A stretch of DNA of 64,000 bases from assembly GCA_002104905.1 (NCBI GenBank), contig MCFE01000221.1:1-64000 (forward strand). Direction: 5' to 3'. Position numbers and translations under genes: made by a program. Under the pieces are notes generated by a model. That model saw only the letters and a list, made by a program, of their open reading frames with translations. It did not search any database and had not been told where the DNA came from. Within the stretch, counting starts at the first letter, position 1. The number at the start of each line of letters is the position of its first letter. This stretch comes from Basidiobolus meristosporus CBS 931.73 (Eukaryota; Fungi; Basidiobolomycota). Shown here one piece after another: positions 39,700 to 50,824 of this stretch.

Positions 39700-42100
39700 T
39701 CTATTGCAACTGCAGTGTACATCAAAAATAGATGCCCCTCAACAGCACTAGGCTACTCTACACCCTTTGGAGCATTTGCAGTCAAAAAACTAGACCTTTA
39801 GTGTCTCAGGATCTCTTGCAGGGATGTTTTCTATCACATCCCTGACAATAAATGCTCAAAGTTGGAGCAAGTTGAAAAGGGATCTTTCTTGGGTATTGCA
39901 AAGATACCAAAGGGTATAGAATGTATGATGGTGAAATTCAGAAGCTAATCAAGCGCAGGAATGCTGTATATAAGGAGAATTGAGCTCAAAAAGCTACTGA
40001 GTTCATTGGCCAGCTACCTGATGGTGTAATCCCCACTAATGAGGGAAATACATACCTAATCCAGCCACATACAAAAGAAAACTTTACCAGCTCCAGAACA
40101 GGGCAGATAATCCCTGTTAGGGGATCTATCAGAATACAAAATGCCCTTGGATTGTTGTAGCAATAATCCAATGAACATAGGAAATACATAATGCTTTGTG
40201 TACCAAACCTCAGAGTCTGGAACAAGCAATGCAAAGTCCAGATGCTTCTATGTTTTGACAAGCCATGCAGGAAGAGTATCAGTCACTGATCAAGGCAAAA
40301 ATGTCAGCACTGGTAGCCTAACCAACTTGGAGAAATCCAATAGGATGTTGATGGGTCTATATGATTAAAATAACCTCAGATGGTAATGTTGATAAGCACA
40401 AAGCTAGATTGACAGTCAAAGGCTATTCCCAGATCCAGGGACTAGAGTTTAATTAGCTCTTGCTCTGGTAGCAAAATTTATCTCCAGTTGGACAGTTCTA
40501 GTCCTGGTAGCGGTACACAGTCTAGATCTACACCAAATGGACACTGAATTAGCCATTGTAAATGGGGATCTGCAGGAAACTATGTATATGGGGCAACCAA
40601 AAGATTTTTCAAATCCTAAAGGGCCTCATGAGGTGCGCATACTAATGAAATTGTTACATGGGCTTAAGCATGTACCTAGAGCATCATATCACAGATTGAT
40701 GCATATCTAGAGAAGATTGGGCTCATTTGCTTCACCGCAGATCACAGTATCTATGCAAAAGAGCCTAAAAAGAAATGATTTCCTGGTGCTTTATGCTGAC
40801 AACCAAATTATAGCTACAGATAACCAGGAGGCAGTTAAACAGCGGAAATTAGATCTTATTAGCAAGTTTGAGATGAAAGATCTTGGAAAGTTGAGCCATT
40901 TTCTTAAAATTGAGGTCAAATTTAGCATAGCTGTGCTGAAATTATGCTGAGTCAGTCTAAGTGCTTCAGGGACATTCATAGATGCTTCAAAATGGAAAAT
41001 TGCAAGCCTGCAGCAACCCCCATGGATAATGACCTGAAGTTGCGCAAATCTCAGCCTGTTTATGGTGAAAACTACCAAAATATGGACCAGAACTTTCTCT
41101 ATTGATCAATGGTTAGTAGCTGGATATATGTGATGGTTTTTATGAGTCTAGGTGTTATAGTAGCTGGATTAGTCAAGTATTTGATGCAGAATTATGGATT
41201 TCATCAAATCACAGCAGTTAAGCAAAACTTCCAATATCTTCAAGATTTCATTGATATTGTTCTGGAATACCCTAGAGCAAATGATAAGCATAAATTCAGT
41301 GGCTATGGTGACTCAGATTGGATGTTCTGGTACTAGGCAAGTATTTCCTTATGCTGGTCCAGCAATTAATTGGAACTGCAAGAAACAACCAACTGTGGCC
41401 CCATCTATAACAGAAGCTGAATAAAAGGCTACTTGTCAAGCAATCAAGGCTATATGACAATGAAAATTACTTATAGACTTAGGTTTTAACTCAGATGACT
41501 CAACCTGTATTTACAGGGATAATCAAAGTTGTTCATTAGCTAGAAATCAGACTAATCATGCCAGAACCAAGTACATATATTTTCAACACAACTTTGTGAT
41601 GGAAGCTGTAGAGAATAAATTAGTGGATTTAGAATACTGCCCAGCTGACAAAATGGTGGCAGATATATAGACAAAACCATTAGCTTGGCCGCACTTTGAG
41701 AATCTCAGTGAGGAATCAGGGTTAAGAAATTATGTAGTTGAGGGGGGATTTGGAAATATTAGACTATTTGGTATCATTCAACAGCTAAATATTTACTTAA
41801 CAACTGTAAACTAGTCTTGGTGACTACAAGACTAATTTACAGCCCTAACTTCTCCATCTTTCCAGGTGCATTATCCTGTGATTATTCTCCTATCACCAAG
41901 ATCAAATGAGCACTTTTACCAGATATTAGGTACTATCCTTGTGACTGTTACAGAATGCTCCTGAGTGTTAAGAACCCCTCCTTACTTCATGTTAAAGTGG
42001 TATTACTTCTACAAAGGTATAAATACCAAGCTTCCTTATGACTCAACAACAGTTCAACTATTTTCATTATTTCTTGATAAGTGCTGTATATCCAATACAC
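39700..42100 (+). mobile_element. Copia-B pol relic (INT tail, RT, RNase H), PPT, 3' LTR
   Basis: KHKARLTVKGY, HQMD, LYAD, SGYGDSDW, WNCKKQPTVA.SITEAE and ADI.TKPL. GTTGAGGGGGGA PPT near 41740. Confidence 0.8.
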
Positions 42101-42109
42101 GTCTTAAAT

Positions 42110-42740
42110 AGTAAGATAATGTTACTTGCTTTCTACAGCAAATCCTTTTACCTTAAAGCCTTCATCTATATGAAAGCTCTAAGTTGCAAGGTTTGCATCA
42201 ACTATATCATCTTACCTGTTGACCCTCAGAGTAGAGTTGTATTTGGCAGGGCTTTGCTTTGTCTGGACCATGGTAGTCATTCCTTGTTGAAGCTGACAGA
42301 AGATCTGGAGGAACTGTTGCTATTGAGTCAGAATATGCTTCACAGCAATCTTCCATACTGGGTTTTCTGACATTTTGAGGGAAGCTTCTTCTTTCTCAGG
42401 AGGAAGATTTCTAGTTATTACTGCTACTATTAGTACAGGTTTGAAATAAAAGTTGCAGAAGAATACTGATTTAAGCCAGTATTGTATTCACTGAAACTTG
42501 CCCAATTTTTAGTGAGGTTCCAGCAGTTTCTTATACATATTTTGCAAGATCAAGTGTTTACTGATTTTTTTCCAAGTGTAGGTTATGGCTGATAATTCAT
42601 TTGAATGCATCACCCTCAGTCAGCTAGGCGTTACTTAATACATCTCTTTCTGTGTGATAATGATCTATTGAATCATCAGCTGACTAATACAACCAGTATA
42701 TTATATAGCACTGATGTTACAGGCCTTGATATTGTTGCAA
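42110..42740 (-). mobile_element. Gypsy-C 5' LTR fragment, PBS and gag start
   Basis: Reverse complement matches 38034-38350 (ATGTCAGAAAA...TGGAAG). Confidence 0.65.
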
Positions 42741-42759
42741 TTTAAGAAGTGATTTGGAT

Positions 42760-43457
42760 ATAAGGAACTTATAAAGAAATAGTGATAATAGTTGAACTGT
42801 TGTTTATTCATAAAGAAGCTCAGTATTTATACCTTTGTAGAAGTAATACAGCTGCAACACTAAGTAGGGAGGGTTTCTCAATATTCAGGAGCATTCTGTA
42901 ACAGTTTCAGGGTTAGTACATAATGTTTGGTAATAGTGCTAATTTGATCCTGACTATAGGGGAATAATCATAAGATCATATATCTGGAGAAAGTGGCAAA
43001 GTTAAGGCAGTAAATGAGTCCTACAGTGACTAAGACTAGCCTAGAATTGTTAAGTAAATTTTTAGCTGCTGAATGATACCAAATAGTCCAATATTTCAAC
43101 AGATATAAGAGTTGCAGAGGAATAGGGAGTCTAGCTAGTATTGTATTCCCTGAAATTTGGACTGATTTTTATTGAGGCTCTGGCAGCTCCTTATATACAT
43201 TTTGCCAGATCAATTGATGAATAATTGTACTTCCCAATGTGGGTTGCAGCAGATGACTCATTTGATTGCATCATCATCACCCATTAGATCCCACTTAATA
43301 TGTATATTTCTGTCTGATAAGGAGCTGCTGATTCATCTGCTGACTAATACTACTGACTTGATAGATAGCTCAGTTATACTGATAGTCTAAACACAAAACA
43401 AATTGAGTTGACTAAAAGCTGATCTAACTTCACCATTTAAGCAGTAGATCCTAAGAG
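42760..43457 (-). mobile_element. Copia-B LTR (42760-43101) abutting Gypsy-C LTR (43102-43457)
   Basis: Reverse-complement matches to 41750-42090 and 29853-30215. Confidence 0.7.
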
Positions 43458-43459
43458 TG

Positions 43460-44688
43460 ATATATTGATAGGCCAAGCATTGAAGTAACTGTTTTGGCTC
43501 AATACTGTTATATCATACAAATTCAGGCAGCAGCTCATTTCATATGTATGCTGGTTGATTTGAGTAGTTTCAGAGCCATTGAGCCTCCTTAGTTGCTTGA
43601 AAAGCAGTTGTATTCTCCACTTCAGCTGTAGAGATTGCCTGGCGGGCTTCTTCCTACAGTATCAAGCTATTGCATACTAAACTATAGATATAACCCTCAT
43701 TAGTACTACATCTTTTGTTTGAATTTTGCATCTAAAGAAGAGGCTGGATTACAAAAGCTACAGACTTTGAAGAATCAAGAAGCAGATCTAATTTGGGTGA
43801 AGAAGACCTTGGAGCATGGTAACAGGAAACAAAGCCAAACTCATAGTAACAGCAGACAAAGTTGTGTAACTTCAAGAGAAGGCAAAAAAAGCATTGTACC
43901 ATATAACTATCCGGAACACAAGGCCAAGCATAATGGGCTTGACTTACTCCATGAGCATTATTCTGTATTCAAACAAGGAATCAGACTTTGGGCCAGCATT
44001 GGTATGCTAAGAATGTATATCAAGAATAGCAGAAACTTTCAAAGACAGAAGCACACTGGTGCAATGGCTAAAAGCTAGCTGCTTCCTGAAGAGCCTGTTA
44101 CATGCAAGGCCAAAAGCTCCAAACCAGTGTCAAAGAGGCAACTGTGAACTGGCAGAGTGCCAATAAGGGAGAAGAAGGCAGTTACAGATGCACCAGCACA
44201 ATATTTACCATGGAAAATGCTTAGTTCTGCGCAAGAAGCACTCAGTTGAAGTAGCAGCAAAAGACCTGGCTGTGATAATGGAAAAGGTAAAGGGAAAATG
44301 TCTCCCCAAGCCTGAGACAGAGAAGCATACAAAAAAAACTGCAGTTCTAGCCAATTAATGCTGCAAGCCCAGAACAGACTGAATCCCATTATAGCCCAGA
44401 AGAATTACCATCAAGAAAACAGCTGCTTTCACATGAGTAGAAAGCACAGGCAGTAGAGCTACACTCCAGTAAGGTAGATGAGTTTGCAGAGAAAGGCAAC
44501 TTGTCTACCACAGTCTCCACGTCTTCCATTGTTGACAGAGTGAAGATCCCACTAACCAACAAGGCTACTACATCAAGAACTCAAAACACTGCCACAATGC
44601 CTTTGGTGAAATTTTGGAATATTAATAGGCACACCAAGAGGTTACAGCACCTCTTCAAGTGTAGTGCTCAAGAAAATACACTTGAATA
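43460..44688 (+). pseudogene. CMC-1 ORF2 relic (continues at 54485-54594 after the Copia-A insertion)
   Basis: DLLHEHYSVFKQGIRLWASIGMLRMYIKNSR. The target GAATA lies in the AQENTLEYCKDLL-coding sequence. Confidence 0.8.
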
Positions 44689-45037
44689 TGTTATAACTAT
44701 TTGTAATTCCACTTAAATATTCACCTAACTTAGTCACTTAGATCATCACCTTCAAATCCTAGAGAATACTGACCAAATTCCTTGTCAGGATTTACTTAGA
44801 ATATTTTCACCAAAATACCAGGTACCCAGAACATGAAAATTCTCAAAGTTGTCCAAACAGCCCCAAACTTTGCACACATGTTCTTGGGACCTTCCTTAAC
44901 CTATTCTACGTATTTGTAATGCCAAGACCATGTAAAAGTATAAATACTACTTTTACATTCAATAAATCATTAAGTGAAAACCACATAATCTACTTGTTCT
45001 CCAAATCACTTCCAATATCTCCAAGACTCTTACAACA

Positions 45038-45049
45038 GGTTATGAGCCC
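45038..45049 (+). promoter_or_regulatory. Half-tRNA-iMet primer-binding site GGTTATGAGCCC
   Basis: Immediately follows the LTR. Complementary to GGGCUCAUAACC in the anticodon arm of fungal initiator tRNA (Ty5/copia type). Confidence 0.85.
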
Positions 45050-45068
45050 CAAGCTGTCACTCTCTGCA

Positions 45069-45710
45069 ATGTCTACTACTGCTATTACTGGAATTTTTCC
45101 CTCTGCTGAAAAGTTGGATGGCTCTAACTACCAAGTGTGGAAGGTGAAGATGAAGATGCTGCTACAAGAAAGAGGCCTTTGGGATATTGTCATGGGAGAA
45201 GAATGCCCTTGTAAAAACGTGGGAGAGGAAGCCTTAAAGTACCAGAAGAAAGAACAAAGTGCCTTTAACTGCATTTGCCTTAATGTCAAGGACAAATTGC
45301 TAATTCAATGCTCAAGAGCAAAAACAGCAAAGAATGCCTGGAAAGCATTAGAAGACACCTACCAGTCATGTTCAGCTGCCAAGAAGATGTATCTGAGACA
45401 AAAATTCTTTACTACAAAGATGCTGCCAGGAGAAGAAATGAAAAATCTAATTAACAGAATTACCCTGCTGGTAGATGAGATGGAATCTGTGGGCGTACCA
45501 ACTACTGATGAGGATGTGATAGTTACCATCCTGAATAGCCTGACAGACAAGTTTCAGGGCCTTATATCAGCCCTAGAGTCCAGAACTGAAGATTTGACCT
45601 TAAATTACGTATATGGAAGGCTCCTGGATGAAGAATTAAGAAAATCAAGCGCCAATAAGAAGGAAGAAGAAAATGCTTTAATAAGCAATGATAACCAGCA
45701 AAAGAGGTAC
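45069..45710 (+). pseudogene. gag: Copia-A gag N-terminal part (interrupted)
   Basis: KLDGSNYQVWKVKM.MLL...GLW, AKTAK.AW..L, KMYLRQKFF, VIVTIL.SL. Broken at 45710 by Gypsy-A. Confidence 0.92.
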
Positions 45711-46023
45711 TGTTGTGTTGTATTATGATTAGTTTGGGGCTTGTTCTACAATGTAGAGGCTAATCAACAATATACAACAACTTCCAGTATGCTAATACTG
45801 AAATAGTTTATTGGGAGTTTGATATACCAATAGAAGATATAACTTTCACTAATTTCCTCAATCTTAGGCTCAAAATATACTGTAGGCAGTGTTTATCACT
45901 TCTACAGCAGTGTTCTGACCTTCTGTTGACTAATGGGCTTATTTACTTTTATAGTAACTTTTCCTTATTTGGAAGTCACTTTCCTTTCTGAGAAAATATT
46001 TCCTAATATGGAAATTCTGAACT

Positions 46024-46280
46024 CCCCTTTAACCTAAAGGGGTGTGTTGTAGAAGTCTCTAAAGGGGTGTTTAGACCTAAAGGGGTGTCTAAAGGGGTGT
46101 CTTTAGAGTAAAGGGGCTTCTTGTAGTGGTCTCTAAAGTGGACTTTACACTAAAGGGGTGCCTAAAGGGGCTTCTTTAGAGTAAAGGGGTTTCTTAAAGG
46201 GGTCTCTAAAGGGGTCTTTAGACTAAAGGGGTGTCTAAAGGGGTGTCTTTAGAGTAAAGGGGTTTCTTAGAGGGGACTTT
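46024..46280. repeat. TAAAGGGG array with 73-bp higher-order period inside the Gypsy-A LTR
   Basis: About 14 GGGG tracts. CTTTAGAGTAAAGGGG at 46101, 46174 and 46247. Confidence 0.9.
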
Positions 46281-46961
46281 TCCAACAGAAAAGTGGTAGT
46301 TTCTTGTAGAACTTAGATTGGATTCTTGTGAGCTTTGCAGTCTCTTTACTGATGTAGTACTGATCAAAGTCAGAATACTCAACAGTGCAAGTGATGCAGG
46401 GGAAGTCTTATAACCTTTAAACTTGTAATTGTAGTGTGGAGATTCTGGAAAGAGAGGCTCTCTCTTTATTTTTCAGCTGGGGAAGTTATATATATGAAAA
46501 TTTTGAAGGATCAAAGTTTTTGGGCGATTGCGCAAGCAATACACGTGATACAAAGCTAAAATTTTGCAGTGGCACAGATCGGACATAGGCGCAGCACCTG
46601 TGAAAATATCACGTGATTTGATTGGCTGGTTCAAAAGTTACACGCGATCAAAGTCACCATAGTAATCCTAGCAATAAGGCATAGTATATATAATAGTTGG
46701 ACTCTTTTGGTCATAACTCCTTAAGTACTGCTTCAAATGAGCTGTAATTTGAAACATGTGTTGGCTACTACGTGTTCTGTATGACATAATATTCTTGGGT
46801 GGATTGCTTGTCAGGGTCTGGAGCATTTGTTCATCAAAGTTGGAAATTCTTGATCTTTCACTTGTGTGTTACGATAGCAAAAAGCAAAATAAAGAAATGA
46901 GTGCAATATTGGTTTAGAGATATTGTAGTAATGGAATACTTTCCATTACCACAAGTCTCCC

Positions 46962-49900
46962 CTAACTTTGAGAAATAATGCCCTCATTATTACTTCTGAT
47001 ATGGAACTTCTTCAATCTGTTACCAGGTTGTGTCAGTGCAAGTGGTGTACCGTCAAGTTCTGCTAGTTTGTAAGATCCATTTTTGTTTGCATGTATGATC
47101 TTGTAGGGACCTTGCCATCCCATATCCAGCTTGGATGCCTTGTTTCTTTGGCTTTTTGTGTTGTGAAGTAGTATCAACTCACCTACTTCTAACAATGTTT
47201 TTCTTAGGCATTTTTGAGCGTCAAAGTTCTCCTTGCCAGCCATTCTGGATTTCTTCAGGTTTTCTATTGCATTCTGTTGCAGAGTGTGTGCTTCTTGAAT
47301 CTGTTGTACTCTTGCTAGCAATAACTCTGATGTTGTCATGGTTGGTTTCCATGGGAGGGTAAGCCAATTCTCAAAAGATATGTCTATCGGCAAAACAGCT
47401 TCATGTCCATATATTAAAAAAAATGGTGTATACCCTGTACTTCTTTTAACTGTAACTCTATCAGCCCAAATTGCTGCATGAAAGTTATTTGCCCACTTGT
47501 TGGGTTCTTCATAGCTAAGCTTTGCTAATGTGTTTGCAAAAGCAGAATGTCCACGTTCAACTGGTGAATTTGCTTGTGGGTGGTATGGCGTAGTATGTAT
47601 AAGCTTGGTTCCATGCTTTGTCGCTAGTGCTTGTATTTCATAAGATCCACATTCTCCATTGTCTTCAATAAGGGTGCCAACTGAACCATGTCTGAGATAT
47701 ACATCTTCTTTGAGAAATCTTGCTAATGCTTTTGCATTGGCTTGTTTCAGCATTCTGGCCTCTATCCAACCAGTAAAGTTATCACAACAGTCCACCACAT
47801 ACTTATACCCCGCTGTTGCCCTTGGTAAATGTATAATATCTACATGTGCAATTTGCCAAGCATAAGATGTGTATATACTGTGAAGTGGTTCATGCATCTT
47901 TTGGTTGTCTCTTCTTTGACATGGAATACATGATTTCACATATTCTTTTGTGTCAGTGTACAGCGTTGGCCAAAAATACCGTAAGGAGATTTTTGCATAT
48001 GTTGATGTAATTGCCTTATGACCTCCTGATTCAGATTCATGCAATTCTTGAATGATCTTCTCTTGATCATGCTTGTTATGTATATACCGTCGAGGAACTC
48101 CATGTTTGCTTTTTCTGAAAAGTGTGCCGTCATGCAGTATAAACTTCAGAGCCTTCTTTTTAAAATTTGTGCGTTGATTTGTGGGAATATCAGCAGGAAC
48201 TTTGAGTGATGTAAGAAATTCCTTGATTTGTTGATAATTGCTTTGTATCATATGTCTGAATGAGAATCCAAGACTAGTGTTTTCAAGAAACTCATCAATC
48301 TCATCATCATCAGTTGAGTACGGTGAATTTGGTTGCTTTCTAGATAAGGCATCAGGTCCTTTGTGATTGGCTCCTGGTATGTGTTGCAGCGTAAAGTCAA
48401 AGATCTGGATGTATGATATCCACCGTGCTAGAATAGGATCAGGCAAAAGCTCCAACTTATTCAACATTCCTAATAATGGCTTGGCATCAACCTCCAGTGT
48501 GAAGTGTACTCCTAATAAGTATGGCTTTAGCTTTTTGAGTACATAGAGTACTCCCAGTGCTTCTTTCTTGATAGATGGATAGTTAAGCTCATTCCCTTTG
48601 AATAGTCTACTAAGATATTTGCAAGGTTGTCGATGATGATCTTTTGAAACTTGAATCATGATTCCACCAACCCCAATTCCAGAGCTATCAACTGATACAA
48701 TGATTGGTTGTGAATCAATAACACTGTAGTCTATAGCTGCTAAGACAGGTGGCTTTGATAATGACTCAAGCAATGTCAACATAGCATTTGCCTGTTCTTC
48801 ATGCCATTCAAATTTCTGGTTTTTCTGTAATAACTGAGTCAGTGGCTTAGCAATTTGAGCATAGTTCTTGATCCAGATTCTGAATAGACCAGTAAGTCCT
48901 AATAATTGTCTGACTTGATGAATATTCCTTGGTGGCTTCCAATTTAGTGCCGATGAAAGTTTTGCAGGATCAGGCAATCTCCCTTTTTCAGTAACAAGTT
49001 CACCTAGAATGATTGCTTTGTCGTAGCCAAACTTGCATTTGGCTCCTGATACAGTCAGACCAGAAGCTTGAAGTTTCTTCATGACCCTCTCAACTGTGCT
49101 TATGTGATCATAAACATATCTTCTTACTTGAGGTAAGACATGCGATGTATCTTTTTCTCTGGACTTATTCTTAACTGCAATGTCATCCAGAAATGGTTGG
49201 CATATTTCAGGGAAACAGTCATCCAAAACTCGGATCATTGCACGTTGATAATTTTGGACAGAGTTTGTCCATCCTTGAGGAATTCTTGTCATCCTTATGA
49301 GTCCTATTGGTGTATCCATAGCGGTGAAATCTCTTGAGGTAGGATCCAGAAGTATTTGGTCATATCCTGAATAAAGATCCAATGTTGTAATCAGAGGATA
49401 TCCAGTAAATGACTCAATATACTCATGTTGTATGTGTGGTTGCATAGCATCTTTGATGGTGACCTTATTCAAATGTTGTACATCTTGAATAAATTGTAAA
49501 CTTCCATTTTTCTTCAACGGTGTAAACCAGGGATTGCGATAAGGTCCATAGCTATATTCAATGACTCCACTTTGAAATCTTGATTGTGGCATTTCAATTA
49601 CTTTGTTCAGTAATCTTGAGGGAATAGGAAATGATCTCAGTGCCCATGGTGTATGTTCAACGGTATGGATCTTAACCGGTGGAAATAGCTCTGTGGATAA
49701 ACATCTTCTTTGTGCATCATTAAGTGCAAAGACATTGTCATAGTGTTGTAGCATAGTCAAAATGAGACTTCTCTCCTCTGTGGAAAGAGTAGTACCAATA
49801 GCCAACTCCTTGAGCTTCTCTTCTGTGAGTCTGATTTTGTCATATTTGTGCAAAGGCTCCATTTGAGGATTGTCGTGGGCAGATGGTGAGATTCCAGTAG

Positions 49901-50327
49901 ATACTGGCTTTGCTTTCAATGCAACTGGCTTATACTTGGTATTTGTCTTACTTGTTGTCGATGGAATGAAGTGTTGATCATAAAACAAAATATCCTTATG
50001 AACCTGTATGTTTTGTACTGGAATGGTGTCTGCATTTCTTGGATTATTCTCTTCTGCTGCACAAAAGGTTGCCCTTCTTTTTCGATTGTCAGATGTGATT
50101 GTCAGCCATAAGCTTCCATCAGGTCTATTATCAGCTTGTAGAAGAGATTTTCTCTCATATGGTCGTCCCAACAATACCTCAAAAGTGGGTCCATTGGCAA
50201 CAATGAAAAAGGGAGAAGTAACCCTGATTCCTCCAATTTCAATTGGTACAGAGTGACAAAGTCCAAGCATCTTCTCTGTTGCACCTGTAGCAGTTCTCAT
50301 ATTCCAGTCAACTTCTGTCAATGGCAA
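46962..50327 (-). CDS. pol: Gypsy-A Pol (protease C-half, RT, RNase H, integrase), 1121 aa open
   Basis: RIPQGWTNS, FLDD, VSVDSS/KKEAL/EVDAKP/PDALSR, HHCC zinc finger, D..D..E (HVDII, IEDNG, PVER), WQGPY. No chromodomain seen. Confidence 0.95.
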   Translation of the reverse strand: MPLTEVDWNMRTATGATEKMLGLCHSVPIEIGGIRVTSPFFIVANGPTFEVLLGRPYERKSLLQADNRPDGSLWLTITSDNRKRRATFCAAEENNPRNADTIPVQNIQVHKDILFYDQHFIPSTTSKTNTKYKPVALKAKPVSTGISPSAHDNPQMEPLHKYDKIRLTEEKLKELAIGTTLSTEERSLILTMLQHYDNVFALNDAQRRCLSTELFPPVKIHTVEHTPWALRSFPIPSRLLNKVIEMPQSRFQSGVIEYSYGPYRNPWFTPLKKNGSLQFIQDVQHLNKVTIKDAMQPHIQHEYIESFTGYPLITTLDLYSGYDQILLDPTSRDFTAMDTPIGLIRMTRIPQGWTNSVQNYQRAMIRVLDDCFPEICQPFLDDIAVKNKSREKDTSHVLPQVRRYVYDHISTVERVMKKLQASGLTVSGAKCKFGYDKAIILGELVTEKGRLPDPAKLSSALNWKPPRNIHQVRQLLGLTGLFRIWIKNYAQIAKPLTQLLQKNQKFEWHEEQANAMLTLLESLSKPPVLAAIDYSVIDSQPIIVSVDSSGIGVGGIMIQVSKDHHRQPCKYLSRLFKGNELNYPSIKKEALGVLYVLKKLKPYLLGVHFTLEVDAKPLLGMLNKLELLPDPILARWISYIQIFDFTLQHIPGANHKGPDALSRKQPNSPYSTDDDEIDEFLENTSLGFSFRHMIQSNYQQIKEFLTSLKVPADIPTNQRTNFKKKALKFILHDGTLFRKSKHGVPRRYIHNKHDQEKIIQELHESESGGHKAITSTYAKISLRYFWPTLYTDTKEYVKSCIPCQRRDNQKMHEPLHSIYTSYAWQIAHVDIIHLPRATAGYKYVVDCCDNFTGWIEARMLKQANAKALARFLKEDVYLRHGSVGTLIEDNGECGSYEIQALATKHGTKLIHTTPYHPQANSPVERGHSAFANTLAKLSYEEPNKWANNFHAAIWADRVTVKRSTGYTPFFLIYGHEAVLPIDISFENWLTLPWKPTMTTSELLLARVQQIQEAHTLQQNAIENLKKSRMAGKENFDAQKCLRKTLLEVGELILLHNTKSQRNKASKLDMGWQGPYKIIHANKNGSYKLAELDGTPLALTQPGNRLKKFHIRSNNEGIISQS

Positions 50328-50706
50328 TTTGATTTTTCAAAAGTCATAGCGGTGATAGCATTGATTTCTGATCCAGAATCAAAAACACATTCCACTTCAA
50401 CATTGTTGATTGTAGCAGCATAGCTTCCTGTTGTTATAGAGTAAAAGGCTTTTTCCACTTCAAATCGTAGTTGTTCACTTGATAACGTTGTTGATGACTG
50501 TTCTTGATAATTCTTCAGGATATCTTTGTTCATAGGCTTAACCATTTCTGGTAGTAGTTGACTGAGATTGTTGATGGCAGTGAACATTTCTTGATTTGTA
50601 AGTTGTGGAAATGGAGATTTCCAGAATTTGTCGATAACTTTCTGTGTAATTGCAGTAGTGTCATACTTAGATTGAGGTTGCAAGTGTTCTTTTTGGATTT
50701 TTGAAA
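50318..50706 (-). pseudogene. Gypsy-A gag remnant plus protease active site
   Basis: VECVFDSGSEINAI. One extra A at the junction would join it to pol as FEKSKLPL. Confidence 0.75.
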
Positions 50707-50824
50707 TTGGAAATTCTTGATCTTTCACTTGTGTGTTACAATAGCAAAAAGCAAAATAAAGAAATGAGTGCAATATTGGTTTAGAGATATTGTAGTAATG
50801 GAATACTTTCCATTACCACAGTAC

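Larger units (their letters stand above)
45711..50820 (-). mobile_element. Gypsy-A Ty3/gypsy element nested in Copia-A gag
   Basis: TSD GTAC (45707-45710 and 50821-50824). 3' LTR 45711-46953 preceded by PPT AGGGGAGAC. 5' LTR reduced to 114 bp (50707-50820). Confidence 0.93.

Noticed and set aside
44919-45068. ORF-track start of gag at 44919
   Set aside because: This ATG is inside the LTR and upstream of the TATAAATA at 44939. The likely start is 45069 (or 45042).
46024-46280. G-rich array as a CRISPR array or telomeric repeat
   Set aside because: There are no unique spacers or cas genes, units are irregular, and the array lies inside an LTR whose diverged relative is at 37185.
50318-50345. 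Programmed -1 gag-pol frameshift in Gypsy-A
   Set aside because: The break is inside the protease domain and there is no X XXY YYZ heptamer. A 1-bp loss is simpler.
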